64,000 bases of DNA from Marsupella aquatica. Lineage: Eukaryota; Plantae; Marchantiophyta. Below the pieces are notes generated by a model. The model saw only the letters and a program-made list of their open reading frames with translations. It searched no databases and was not told the DNA's origin. The stretch's first letter is position 1, and each line of letters opens with the position of its first letter. A program made the translations under genes and the position numbers. Shown in pieces: positions 1 to 13,342 of the stretch. Location of the stretch: contig OZ316897.1 in the NCBI GenBank assembly GCA_973895155.1, forward strand, positions 770,515 through 834,514, in the 5' to 3' direction.

Positions 1-135
1 GTCCACATCGCTACTAGTTAGCTACTCGATCGCAACTCTTTCCTTCCGTTACCAGTAATTTTTGTGATCAGCAATCGATCCATAAGGTTATACTTCACTC
101 TCTGCAGCTTGTCCTCATTCCGCCAGTCACTAGAT

Positions 136-1203
136 ATGGGAGACGTACGCGAAATATTAGTCTTTCAGGATCAAAAGGAACTTAAATTTATCAACGATAA
201 CCACTGGTCCTTCCACATCGCCAAATCCGTCGACAAGTCTGATGGAAGTGCAGCAGCCTGCAACACAATCTGGCAATCGAAGGGAACCGCCCCCAATATT
301 TCCATCCAATGGAACGCAGTTTACGCCTTGAACTGGACCACTGACGTTCCACAAATGGGAAAGTCAGTCTCTCTTGGAGGCAACTGGCAGCGATGTGACA
401 AAGGCCAAGCTTTCGATCTCGATGCTACCGGTTGCTGGGTCACCTCCGCAACAGTCGGCGTGCCGGACTTCATGTGTATCAACAAGGTCGACTACGAGTA
501 CCCAGACGTCGAGGGCATCCATTTCATTGTGGGCGTCGAGAACAGCGCCGGGCATTACGACAAAATTTTTGTTGACGAAACTGCTCTTCTCCGAGGTTGC
601 ACAGCTCGATACCAACCGGTAGAGGGAGTGTATTGGTGGTACGAGGTGGGCCTGAAGACCGGACAGATGCACTATGTCGATAAATCATCATCCGAATTCA
701 AGGATCTCACAAAGCCCAGCCCTAGCATGCACAAATACTTCTACGCAACGTCTTATAAGATCCCCGAAGGACGTTGGAAGACCCAAGAAACTCGACCGGA
801 GGGGCAGGTGACAGCTGCTCTTGCGTCCGAGCTTGTTCCCACACTCAGTCCCAATGCAAGCATCGGCAAGGCTCCGATCACGGTGGATGGGGGGCCCGCT
901 GTGAGAAAGATCCTTTTCGGCGTCCCCGTTGGAAATCCAAGGAGCCAAGCTATCATCAAGGGCAGAATGGAAAAGTCATTCTCCATCAAATACAAAGATG
1001 TCCAGGTGAGATGGGCGTCCTTCTCTGAACTTTGGATGACTCTTACTGGATGGAAGGATTCCCCACCAACAAATTCTGTCCAGGCAATTGGGCCGCCGAA
1101 AGACGACATTGATGCAGAGATAAAGAACGTGCTGGAAAAGTCAGCAGACGTCCTTCCGAGCCACGAGAAATGGGTGATAGAGGACGTCCAGGGTCCGTAC
1201 TGA
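136..1203 (+). CDS. Intronless hypothetical protein (~355 aa); possibly a host gene outside the transposon nest
   Basis: Open frame 64-1203 with first ATG at 136 (MGDVREILVF). Globular, beta-rich looking sequence with no transposon motifs; no family confidently recognised. Confidence 0.55.
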   Translation: MGDVREILVFQDQKELKFINDNHWSFHIAKSVDKSDGSAAACNTIWQSKGTAPNISIQWNAVYALNWTTDVPQMGKSVSLGGNWQRCDKGQAFDLDATGCWVTSATVGVPDFMCINKVDYEYPDVEGIHFIVGVENSAGHYDKIFVDETALLRGCTARYQPVEGVYWWYEVGLKTGQMHYVDKSSSEFKDLTKPSPSMHKYFYATSYKIPEGRWKTQETRPEGQVTAALASELVPTLSPNASIGKAPITVDGGPAVRKILFGVPVGNPRSQAIIKGRMEKSFSIKYKDVQVRWASFSELWMTLTGWKDSPPTNSVQAIGPPKDDIDAEIKNVLEKSADVLPSHEKWVIEDVQGPY

Positions 1204-2890
1204 ACGTTAATGATTCAACGGTGGGAGGCTAGCAGGGAGGGATACGCACAGACGTCCGTATGAATCACCTGCCTTGACAGTCTAAGTCAGCAGCTTGGCG
1301 AAGTGCTGCGACAACAACAATGTAATCGATGAACACTCTTTCGGGCACTCTTTTGGCGTATGATCATGTGCACGGGCATGTGCATTGGCATCGATCGATC
1401 GCTTCTCGAGTATGCAATTACTTCCAGTTTACATTGGCTGTAGCTCTCCTTGCGAATGATCCTCGGGGTCTATCAATTTGTTACCTCATTCCGTGCAGTT
1501 GTCTATGTCGGTCTGCCCGACCGATCTCCATGATCTATTTGCCCCAATATCCAGACCTTCAGTTTAAGCCTTGTTATGAAACTTCTTGTGTGTAGTAATT
1601 ATGAAAAGTAGGAGATCGAAGATGCAAGTCGTGAGCTCAGCCTCGACCTTTGTCTTTGCTCCACGTATTGCCATCTCGGCAGTAGAGTGTTGTGATTTTC
1701 TTGCCTTGGGGTTCGTTTCCCGCTGGCTGCTGTTTCGGTTTCGGTGGCCCACCAAAGGATGGCATTGCGCGAGGATCGTTGGGTCTGAGCGGGTGGGCCC
1801 GATTCTGCTGTTCATCCAGGTTGTAGTTTTGGAGTTCTTGGATGGACTCAGCTCCACCGGAATTTGGACTACCGTATGCGCTGTGCGCTGTGGACCCCCA
1901 CGTATTTTAAGTGTGCTTCAATTCCTCCACCATGATCTATTGGTTGTAGCGTTTTGCTCCTGTTTAATAAATGTTTCTTTGTTTGTGCGCACGGATGTTT
2001 CTTTGTTGTTAAACTTCAGTGCTGTAAGATTAGATGAAATGTTTTGACGACGTACGATAGGAGATGGCGATGCTGGATTAGTCCCTTCTCAAGAAATAAT
2101 TGCAAGCCGTACGTACTCTAGCTGAGTGGCGCGGGCACTCGCTTACCCAGAGAGAATCAATAATGAAGTACTGAGCAAGTTTGTCCCTCTGGACACCATG
2201 ATTGTACTGTTTTAGGCTGCTCCTCCATTTGCTCTGGTTTTCAGTAAATGGGTCTTCGTTGAATGTGGCGCACAAATGTATGTTTAATGTTAGATTTTAT
2301 TGTTTAATGTTCTGTAGATTGACTGAAATCTTGTGACCACATACTGTCGAAGGAGATGCGATACTCGATGATGCTCTCTTCTCAAGAATTGTAAGCCTCA
2401 CTGTAGCTGAAACATAATGCGGACTTCAACGTTCAGAGCACTTGGAATGATTACACAGAACCACTGATTGATCATCGAATTATGCCAACAGTTCCCGTGT
2501 AGTATCCTAATTTAACTTCCATTTGAACTTGGGCACTAGGAAAACGCTCTATGTATGTGGGGATCGAGCATTCATACATCTTTAGGAGCATCACCACCAA
2601 GATCCTGTTAACAGGAAAACAGGAAGTGGTCATCCCTGTTAACAGGAAAATAGGAACTGATACCAGTAAACATATGAAGTTTTCTGCCCATTTTTGATGA
2701 AAAGGTAAGACTTGATGGGGTTCCTTGCAACAACAAAATTCAAATGATATCTCTGTAACTGAATTACTTCTCCACCAAATATGTGTAAACCATAGAGTGG
2801 GTCCCACCATACACAGGCTACTGAGACGAGGCACACTCGAAAAGATACCAATCTTAAAAATATCATCGGAATCGGAACGGTACTATGTAA

Positions 2891-5146
2891 TAGCGCTAGG
2901 CGCTAACAAAAAAAAATGGGAAGAATTTTGAACCCTTTAATATCCACATCTTGCAAAATGACGTACTAGTGTAAGAGTTTGAGATCAGACCAAATTGATT
3001 TCTTGGTGTTCACTTCAATTAAGTACACTTCAACAAAGTGTGAACTGGAAGGGGTATGGAGAACTGAAACAGTTTTAATGGTGGCTTAGATTTATATTCC
3101 ATGAGAAACTCAAATATAGGAAGGTTCAGAAACAAAAAGCATTCACAGCATGAAATGAAAGAGATTCACTTAGAACGGGACAAACTGAAGCTAGCGCCCG
3201 GCGCTAGCCATATTTAATAACCAAATGTGTCATTAAAATGAAAAGATGATTTGGTATCATTGAAAAGAAATGAAAAAAATTGCACATGCGACAAATGAGG
3301 TTGGAGCCGTTGAACGTTACTAAATCTCTGTCTATAAGTCCAGAGAATTCTGCCTAGCTAGAATGAGCCTCACCTCACCTATAGTCAGAATTGGCTGACT
3401 AGCCAGAGTTGAATCCACGACATCTAGTTTGAGGACGTTGGTATACACCCAATAGAGATGCTTGCAAGGCATGAAGGGCCGTCCATGAGAATGGTGACGA
3501 TAGAAGTCCTCACAAGAACAACAGGGGAAAATGCAAATCTATACCCAGTAAATGTTTGCCGTACGAAGTTTCTCTTGGGTTTGGATCTGAAATTGTTTGC
3601 CCCAAGAGTTCCTGACGGAACACCAAACTGTTGAATTAGGGTCATAGGCTCCATTGCGGATTCAATTCTTTTGTTGTGCCCTTGTGAAAGATTTGAATGT
3701 GGGATTGTATTTTTACCATTCCTGCTCCGAAGGTGGATATTTGGCTCGAGGAGATTGATTTTCTCTAGGAAAACATTCACATTGATTCGCAATTCAAATG
3801 GAGATGGAGCAGCCTGAGGTCCGGCCTCACAATTGATGGCAATCCCTTGCTGAGTCAGGAATTGAACCTCAGCTTCAGAAAGACTAGTCCCTTTCAAAAC
3901 GGGCAGGGTATGAGGAAATGGGGGAAGGTTCACCACATTACGACGAGGCCGGCCGACTCTTATAGCATGCATTGTTGAGACAAAACCAAATCATCTCAGG
4001 ATGTGGTTCTCCCCTGAACACGCGATATCCTTTGACAACAATGCCAACTACACCATCCGTTGACGGGTAACCAACCTTTTTCAGACAATTGCAACAGTCA
4101 TCTCGATCCGATTTTCCACCAAGAGATCCATTACATTGAGGCTCTGCACCATGTTTCGTCGCTCTTTGTAGGTGCCAAGCCCCTGGTCAAACATCTGTCT
4201 CCAACACAGATGACTCATAAACAACCTTTTGGAGGTTGGGAGGTGCACTTTGCAGGGCTACAGTAGACCTTGTCGTCCTCCTCCAGGGCAGAGTACTCCA
4301 ATGACTGCCTTCTTCAATTTCATCATCAGATAGATCCACAACGCCAATATCATAGTGAACAGGACACTGTGCAATCGGGGAGAATTTGGTCTTGTTTAAA
4401 TTTTTCCTCTTCATGCCTCGAGTATTTGGTGATGTTACAAGAATAGTGTCATGCCGATGGGAGTCTTGTGCCAAGATGTTCCCAGAGGCTTGACCTTTCC
4501 TCTTGACAGACTTTGTGGTAACATCCCCATTGAGTGGGCCACTCCTTTCCAGGTTGAATTCAGCCGCACCGGAAAGTAGCATATTGGAAGCATCCTGGAG
4601 AAGTTTTGAAGAACCTGCCTGGTCTGCCGAATGGAATGCAATTCCCAAATTATAGGTCCGGTTCCTCGATTAAGACCTCTCATATACGCCGTATATGCCG
4701 CAACTTGTGAGAGAGCCCTGTTTTGATCCATCTCACATGCTTCAAATAGACCAGCCTTTTTCTTTGTTTGCCAAGCCTTCAATATGGAATGTGCCGCCTT
4801 TGAAGTAGTACAGTTCGGAATCATAGCGCTTTCCTCTACGCTTTTGTTCTGCATCAAACATAGAAGCATAGTTTAGAAAATATGACTTAGTCACCGCATT
4901 CAATAAAGAAATATTTGAACTACATCATTTTTGTAAAGATTAAATATTCACTATCCAAACAAGCGACATCATACAAACTGAATGATAGCGCCAGACGCTA
5001 TCATCATTCACACTATAATGTATACAAATATGAGAAACAAGTGGTCAATGAAAACTAGCACTAGGCGCTAATATCATAACCCGGTAAATTTTGGAGTCAA
5101 CCTTGGATACAACAGTAATTGAAAATAATGATAGCGCCGAGCGCTA
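2891..5146. repeat. Dispersed palindrome TAGCGC-N3-GCGCTA, five copies, associated with element A
   Basis: Copies at 2891, 3192, 4986, 5056 and 5132; the last three lie inside the transposase intron. Confidence 0.8.
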
Positions 5147-6770
5147 GTAATTACTTTGTGAAACTCACCAAACAAATGAAATTTCCCCATTGATGCCATT
5201 GGATCACCCACCACGCAAGCCAACCTTGGAGCATCCGAAGCTTTCCTGGAACACAATTCCCAGATCTCCACCACACATCGATATCCCTTGAAATTTTGTA
5301 AGCTCCAAGAAATGTCGACGCGTTCCTTAAAGAGTCCCACATCTTCGGGTGCTTGTCTCATTTTTCTTCCAATACACCTTCAATTGAATGATGGTGAAAA
5401 GATTGATAGAAGTTAAACGCATCCGATCGCTCCTTTTTTGGGTTAGGATGTCCTCCAAAAAACACGTTCCAAACAACACTCCATCCAGCTTGGGCATTGT
5501 CAGCCATGAATCCATGGATCACTACATTGTCCAACCCATTTTCATGGCAAACCTCGATCATCAATTTCTAGGCTTTTTCTAAAGACTCAGAATCTTCAGC
5601 TTTCAAATCACATGTGAAAATTGTGCAAAGAGCACGGTAATTGTGATCATAAACATGTGCGCTAAAAGTTATCCAATCTTTGGTCATTCTCCTCATCACA
5701 TCAAAACTAACCCAAGCCCCTTCCAGTCAACCTCCAGGCTGCATTTGGCGCAACAAATCAACCCCAGATCCGTGCCCTTTCACCGTCATTTTGAAAATAT
5801 GTGGCCTATCCTCCTTACAACCTTGACCTGGGAGCATGTAACTTTGTAGAAAGGGAAAGCTTATGCATTTTTTCATTTCAACAAGAAACTCCAACTCAAC
5901 TTTACCTTTTTGGTCTTGCCGAACACTTCAAAAAAGAGATGCAAACTTTTGAGGGGTCAAAACTACCATTAATGACTCCCAAATTTCTCTTTCCTCTGAT
6001 TCTCCTATGTCATTGTTTGACATATAAAGAGCCTTCCTTAAAGATCCAGTTATGGCATTCTTCAAACCCAACGATGTTGCACATGGCGTAGCTTCATGTT
6101 GTTTCTTGATGAAGTCATGTGCAATCTTTTCCGCACCATGAGCAAAAACTTTTCGACTGGAATGCACATAAGTTCCGACATGCACAACAAGACGCAACAT
6201 ATGTTTACATGTATCCGTGTCTATAAGTAATTGCGGGTACATATAAAAAAGCATTGCAGGACATGCTTCAGTGTACAAAAGGGTAATTGTACATTGGCAG
6301 TAGTGGCAAACTACGCCACCCTCCTCAATAATCTTTCCTACGTACGGTATGTGGCCCCACAAGTTTAGGCGTCCCATCCCATGATTTTGAATTTCTTCTT
6401 TTCTTCCGCAAAAGATAATCACACTTCTGATTTTGACATTCTAGTGCTCCTGTACACGTCACTTTACCAAATTCCCAAAACTTTTTAGGTTGGACATTCA
6501 TAGAAGTTGGAAATATCTGTGTCCAGAAGTAGCAGTCTTTAGGCCGATCCATGTCACGTAGCCTGGCTTGAACCTTTTGATAGCAGACCTTCTGCGGGAG
6601 GCAATTCAAACACAACATTTCCATTGTACTTACTTGGTAGGCAATTCACCTGCTCATGCCTGAAATTAGTTGTTCAGATGACCCGCGACAGTTTATTGGG
6701 GATAATCCCTATCCCGAGACACCATGCACATGTGAACACCATACAAAGTAGTCGACACAACGAGTACGTG
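3332..6770 (-). pseudogene. Decayed Mutator-like (MULE) transposase of element A: GCM-like Zn domain, DDE core, C-terminal SWIM finger
   Basis: Fragments are collinear with the 21230-25075 transposase: DCYFW..KVTCTGALEC, CHYC..C..HVGTYVH, GFMADNAQAGW..ERSDAF, WWVIQWHQWGNF and SWIM CSCEDF..PCKHLYW near 3450-3520. Many stops and frameshifts. GT-AG intron at 4849-5168. The start may extend to ~7183. Confidence 0.85.
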
Positions 6771-7214
6771 GTTCACCTCCTGACCGAGGCTATGTCCACG
6801 GGAAAGCAAGAGACCTTTACTTCTCTCTTGCTCAACTCCAACAATGAACTGAAGATCCACCAGGGACTGGCACCAGCCCTGGCTATATACACAACAACAC
6901 TACCGGGTGGAAAGCATGATTGAGGGGTACCAAAATGTGCAAAAAGGACTGGGATTCTGGGATGGCAGTCATTGCAATCCTTGGCACATGAATGGTTGAG
7001 ATGACAAGGATCTTGAGCCGCCAAGGACGTTTTGAACTCACTTTGTGACAAAACGTACTTAAGACTTAATAACGACATTGGTGGGGCCAGGACATTATGA
7101 GGACTCCAAACGCGCGGAGTTCTCTGCCAATTTGAATCCCTTGAGAAGAGAAAGGCGGCCAACGCGAGAGTTGTACTGTCCACAAAACTTCCCGCTCACA
7201 GAAAGCTTGGGCCG

Positions 7215-7392
7215 CCCATTTCTCACTTGCACTTGTTTCACTTGGGCGGAGCTCTATCCGCCCATTTCTCACTTGCACAATTTGTTTCACTCGGGCGGAG
7301 CCCTATCTGCCCATTTCTCATTGAAGTTTCACCTGGGCGAAGCTCTATCCGCCCATTTCTCACTCAAGTTTCACCTGGGCGAAGCTCTATCC
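7215..7392. repeat. ~44-bp tandem repeat (~4 copies) containing TGGGCGGA-N6-TCCGCCCA, between the divergent A transposase and RING gene
   Basis: Unit approx. cccatttctcacttgcacttgtttcacttgggcggagctctatccg, read directly. Confidence 0.8.
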
Positions 7393-7866
7393 ACAGAGCG
7401 TATGTGGTAATGGGGGTTTGCACATTGCGGATTTTCTAATTGATAGAGGATTGCTACTTGACGGGTTGCTGATTGCTGCGCATTGGGGGATTGGTCATTG
7501 CTGTGCATTGGGGATCGTGGATTGCTGCGCATTGGGGGATCGTTGATTGCTGGGCATTGGTGGATTGCGAGCTACTTAATTGCGGTGGAGGATTACTACT
7601 CGTTACTAGCTGGTTGCTGCTCGGTGGAAACTACTCGGTGAGTTGCAAAGCAGACATCAGAGGGGACTTAATTTTGTTATCGTGGCTAGAAGGTATAGCT
7701 CAAACTTCAAATTTATGTATATTCCTATATAGGCTATCGCTCCATGTAGTTTAGTCCATCCTGTGAGGCGTACCTTTACATATTGTGGGCAGAGGTCTTA
7801 TTGAGTGTTTAGTCACAGTTTTTTTGTTTATTCAGGAAGAGTTCGATGGATACCACTTGAACTCCA

Positions 7867-10259
7867 TTGACAGTTGATGGAGGGGTGGATGTCAAGTCGA
7901 TACAGCCAGTATCCAATATCCTGGCAAAAGCTGAGACAGGCATCACGAAGGAAAACACCAAAGCTCAACTGCCAAGAGCAGCTAAGAAAGTGAAAGGCCA
8001 GAGCTCTGATGTAACTTGGTCTCCGACCGAGTTCTACAAGGATGCAGCCTGGTTTGCTACAAACTTTGGTCTCCCCAATGAGGGTGAAACTCCGCACAAG
8101 ATTTTAGATCTCACCGAGGAATAGTTGAGTGCGTGCTTTGGTGAGGTAACAAGGAATGGCTATAAGCTAAGTACTTGCACGGGTATTCCTCTTGATGAGA
8201 TTTTAGCACTGTCTCAAGTGGTGGACGGGTATGAGAAGCCTGTTAATGGAATTCTATCTCATACATTTGTCAAAGGTGCCTATGCCGAGCGGGTGCTTCA
8301 TAGAAAGGTAAACTGGGCAGCTTATGCATCGACAAAACTGAAGGGTCAGATAACTCAGTGGTCACGAGATGGGAAAGGTAAGCCTGATGGCCCTCCTTGT
8401 GTTAGAAAGCCTCAACTATATTCAGCTCCAAAGTCTTCGTCAGAGACTAAACCCGTCGTCTGTGACGGACAGTTAGCACTTTTTGAGAGCCCTAAAAGTG
8501 TCGTGCCCAAGGAGCTTGGCAGTTGCAGCTTGACTAAGGTTAGGACAGTACCTCCTCCCACACCTATTCTATGTGTTCGTCCATCCGAGAAGAGACAGAT
8601 TCCCTTGAAAGTGAAGAACGTTCTGGTATCTGCCATAGAAGCCGAGATATCTAAAATGAGGGGTCAGCTCGTGTCTGTGAACAAGAGGTTCGACAAGGTC
8701 CATTCTACCATGGACAAACTGAAGGTAATTCAGTCGGGACGTGATGATGTGGAGAGCTCATTACAGCAAGAGATTGAGAACCTACGACTTCAAGAAGATA
8801 AAATCTCCAACGAAATTGATGCAGAAGAAATTGCAGTGGAAGAACTAACGACCGACATTGAGTTGGAATCCAACAAGCAGGGTGAAGGAGAGGCGATTGA
8901 AGAGGTACTTTGAGATTTCCTCCTTCATCTTGCTAGGATCATGTCCTTTCTCTGTTCACGACCCGTTTGTTTCCGGTTGTGGACTTCAATGTGGGCTTTA
9001 GGCGATGGACCTTGTGGCAAGACATGTGATTGTTTGAAATGTTGATATTGCAGGTTAACAATGACTTGTTGGCCTTGATGGGGACAATGCTGAGAACTCA
9101 CGAGTATAGTCATCCAGCTTTCTAGCATGTTGGAAGCCACCCGATGGGATTTGAATAGTGTGAAGGAAAGATTACAGAGAAAACAAGAGTATGACAAGAG
9201 TGTGCCTAAAATGATGTCCCGGATGTTTGACTTATCTAACAAGTTAACAATAGAACGCCAAAAGATTGAATCTAATTTGAAGCATCAAGAAGTAGAGCTT
9301 GCGATTGTGGCAAACGTTTTATGCAACCCATGTCCTGCAGTGATGCCACGTTATACCCTTACGTCCACTGAAACAAGTTTTAGCAGAGTTTCTGTATCGA
9401 GTTGTCCAATTTATTGCAATGGATACCATTGCTACAATTGGATCCCAGCATCCTGTGGGCACACATATCATCCTGCATGTTTGTTTACTTATATTCATTC
9501 ATGTACGGGCGGCCCACAATGCAAGGCATGCGGGGCAATTTTCAGTAATGACTGGTTACAAACCTGGGGTTTAGATGATGAGCAAGGCTACAAAGAGGGC
9601 ACTTATATAGCCCTGGAGCATCACCCCAATGGCCATGGAAGTGGAGGACCTATATGGGAAGAACTGTAGGCGATTGGCCCAGAGGCGACAGTTGGTGAAC
9701 AATATGGTCTCAATCAAAGGAAAGGTATCCACACTGGTCTGCACTTTAATTGCTAGTTGGCTTTCAATTGATGAATTTGCAATCTTTGGAGATGGATGGG
9801 TTACGAATGGATGTTGAGCACTGTTCACTGTGTACTGCTTCTTATGGAACATGGTCTGCTGTTGTGGAGCAGGATCTGCAAGAGATTGTTGAGCGGTGCT
9901 TGGCTTCTATAACACCTTCTTCCACGGTTGAGGATGCAGCTATTGAGGATTGCGGTGGTGAAGACAGATCATCCAAGATGGTTATGTTGTCACCAAAGGT
10001 TGAGGATGAGGATTCAGGGAAAAAATGGAAGTGTGATGTAGATTCTAGCAGGAAGGTGAAATTAATACCGTTGTTGAGTGCTAAGCCTGGTCAACATGTG
10101 CTAACGCCTAGTGCCACTCTCCCATTTTCCCCAGAGGCAGATGTCACCTTTAAGACATACTCTTCACTGAAGACTCCAAGCCCTTATGGACCGACAATAC
10201 CTCCACCAAATTGCGATGGTGTAGATGCTAGGCCAAAGAAGAAGCTTTACCTCGGATAA
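7867..10259 (+). pseudogene. Disrupted coiled-coil + RING-H2-like finger gene (probable cargo of element A)
   Basis: ORFs 7867-8124 and 8125-8913 are in frame across a stop, followed by 9127-9669 and 9750-10259. Long heptad segment, then CPIY..CGHTYHPAC..CKAC (RING-H2 pattern, one ligand substituted). Confidence 0.65.
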
Positions 10260-10549
10260 CGTTTTAAGTCGTACATTATGTGGCTATTGAAGATGTGGTG
10301 TGCATTTTGCAATGCGCATACCGTGATTTTCATGCCTTTTGTGTTTAAAACTTCCTCTATGCTCTTTGTGTAGCTTCGAAAGACCAGCCACAAATCATGT
10401 TTTTGAGCAATTCTCAGTTTCTCACTGGTAAGTCTTCACTAAACCCTCTATTGGCAAATGTCATGTGCAAATGATGAGGAACCTTTAGCAATCTCTTGTT
10501 GGTAATAGCACGGTCACTCTCTAATCCGAGTAACCTTAGATGAGGGTCT

Positions 10550-10877
10550 GGTCCTTTTTGAAAGGAGTGTACACAGGAGCGAGTCTTGTACAGTCCTTTT
10601 ACACTTAGTTCATGACTTGTGTCAATTAAACGAGTTCTGAAATCTGCTTTGTCAAGGACTGTGAGCCCTTGTCAACCATTTTTTAACCTCTTAGTTGTTC
10701 TTCTTTGTTAAGGACTAGGTGGCCTTCGTGAAGGAGTGGGTGTCAGTTTTCAAGGAGTCCATGTCCATTGTGAAAGGAGTATAACTCCTTTGCCAAGGAG
10801 TCTAAGTCCTTTTGCAAGGAGTCTATTTCCTTTTCCAAGAAGTCTGACTCCTTTTCTGAGGAGTCTGACTCCTTTTC
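10550..10877. repeat. Left half of AAGGAGT-N3-ACTCCTT palindrome array (split by element B)
   Basis: e.g. AAAGGAGT-ATA-ACTCCTTT at 10773-10791; the same array resumes at 43861. Confidence 0.8.
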
Positions 10878-11495
10878 GGGGTCGTGTACTTCATCAGTTA
10901 TCAATGAGTTTCATCAGTGACTGATATCAGTCCAACACCGGAACTCAGCGAATCAGCTGAGATGAATTCTTCTGGGGCACAACCCAATCCACAACCCAAT
11001 CGCAGTCCGCGCCATTGTCGGCGCCTCTTTGAGGTTGGATCGGGTACTTTACTTCGACCATTTCTTATGTCGGCTGCCTCTCTAACATTAAAGGAGAATA
11101 TAAAGTTTCAATCTTGGCGGCCTCTCTGAGATTTCCTCGAAGTTCAGTTGAATCTCAGCGAGCCCCGCCGAGATTCAACTAAAATTCGAGGAAAAAAAAA
11201 ACTTCTCACACAGGGTCTTCGATATATCATGGGGTGTCGCTACTAAATCTCAAAAAGGATCCATACAACACATCGTACAACAGAGTCCATACAACACGTC
11301 CCTTTCAAAGACTCATCTCAAAGACCCTCGCCGACTTATCCAGGAGAGCTCAGCATGACATTGAAGAACAACACGGGGTCCAGCGTAGAAAGTAACCTTT
11401 GGAGGAAATTTTTATTTTACTTCGTATACAACATGTTGCTCTGTTGTGAAATATTCACAAATTGAATTCACAAAGGCAATCCATCGATCCTCTAT

Positions 11496-12668
11496 CTACA
11501 AACTGATCGTCTGGCAGATTAGGTCTACAATAATCTTTTGTCGTATAAGCAGTACATGTTTAGGGTCAACCGCCAATACAGAGCCTCTAGAAAGACGCTC
11601 CATGTACATTATGACATATACTCCACAATTGTAACTATCGGGTTGGGCTGGAATATCGTCGCGGACGATGCGTTGCCATTGTAATGGCGATAAGTGGGGA
11701 CAACTGCTCAAGCGGGACAGGTCATGGAGAAACCGACCGACATTCACCAAATCGTCGCATTCCGATGCTTCGCCTCCAATGGGATCGAGCAAATGTAGTT
11801 GCTGCAAAGTAAAATCGACCACAGCTAGTACCCAATGTTTTGGCCTGTGGATGGGGATTAGAATGAGGTCGAATGAAAAGACGTCAATGCCCTTCACAAA
11901 TGCCAACCCTGCGTTGAAGCTGTACGCAGGATGCGTCAAGACATTGTAAAAATGTGTGGGCAAAAGCATGCATTTGGGTTTTGCAATGACCTCTGCTCTA
12001 CGCTCCAATAGAGGAATGTAAGCATTGATGATGTCACAAGTGAGCCATTTTTTTGCCCTCAAGCATTTGAAATCTTTTCTCTTCAATTTTAAGTCGCCGA
12101 GGCTGACTAGGACTTCATCTTGGTCCCTGTTGGAGTCCAATGCTTCTTTGACTATGGTCGCAAGTATGGCGGGTTGATGTCGTTGTGCAGGCACCCCCTG
12201 ATTCGGTCGTTGGTGCACAGGCACCCCCTGATTGACTCCTTGCTGGGCAGTCACTACCTCGTCGACTGGTTGTTGTGGCTCAGTTTGCTTCCTAGCTGCA
12301 ATGAAGGTTAATTCACCCAAAAATTACTCTTCGGAATTGGAGCTTGACAAACTTATGCTTGCATGGTGAGTTTGGAGACTATCACTATCACTTCCTACCG
12401 AGCTACTCTCATCCGATTCAGCCTCTTCTGCCCTATCATCGACAAATTTGAGAGTCTTCCTTGTTCTCTCTTTCACAAAATGAGCAACTCTTTCTTCATG
12501 ATACGTATCAGCGTAGCACGGTAGGCTTGACTTCTCCGGAGAGAATAATGCTGAAGCTTCCTCCCAAGCGAGCTTCACAAGTCGTCTGTCCTGTGTGTCC
12601 CATTCCTCGGTTGCCAACTCGGTGGTCCTGTCGGGAACTGCTACTAAGTTATACTTAAATTGAATCAT
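11496..12668 (-). pseudogene. Ulp1/SENP-family (peptidase C48) SUMO protease, one in-frame stop upstream of the catalytic domain
   Basis: WLTCDIINAY..IPIHRPKHWVLAVVD..LDP..QPDSYNCGVYV with His/Asp/Gln/Cys intact. ORFs 12324-12668 and 11496-12320 share a frame, separated by TAA. Confidence 0.85.
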
Positions 12669-12861
12669 GTATTGCGCCGGAATAGACGGATCACAAGAAC
12701 AAATTTGTGAGGCGATGTGGACACCCCAGATAATCCATTGAGTCGCCTTTCGAGATAGATCTTAGAGAGGCTAGCCAAGATGTATTTTTGTCCCTCCAGA
12801 CGCATCTAAGGCCCTACGTGGACTTGCCAGTAGAAGTTGACGTGGCCAGGCCACCCGGGAT

Positions 12862-13320
12862 TCATCTGGGCGAGGCCCGCCGACATGCATCTCAGAGAGG
12901 CCCGCTGAGATGGACTTGCCTGGAAATCTGAATATGCCCGGGCCAGATGCGATTCCTCTCGGCGAGGACCACCGACATGCATCTCGGAGAGGCCAGCCGA
13001 GATGGACTTGCCTGGAAATCTGAATATGCCCGGGCCAGATGCGATTCCTCTCGGCGAGGCCCGCCGACATGCATCTCAGAGAGGCCAGCCGAGATGGACT
13101 TGCCTGGAAATCTGAATATGCCCGGGCCAGATGCGATTCCTCTCGGCGAGGCCCGCCGACATGCATCTCGGAGAGGCCAGCTGAGAGGGACTTTCCAGCA
13201 AATCTCAAAGTGCCCGGGCCAGATGCGATCCTCTCGGCTAGGCCGGCCGACATGCATCTCGGAGAGGTCAGCCGAGATGGATTTGCCCAGATGGAGAGCC
13301 ATCTCGGAGAGTCCGCTGAA
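12862..13320. repeat. 92-bp tandem repeat (~5 copies), two B-type palindromes per unit
   Basis: Period of 92 (ORF starts 12947 and 13039); units contain ctcggcga-ggc-ccgccgac and ctcggaga-ggc-cagccgag. Confidence 0.9.
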
Positions 13321-13342
13321 ATACTATGGGACAATATTAAAA

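Noticed and set aside
2020-2400. Degenerate ~90-bp direct duplication (2020-2110 vs 2310-2400)
   Set aside because: Low identity and no structural or coding context.
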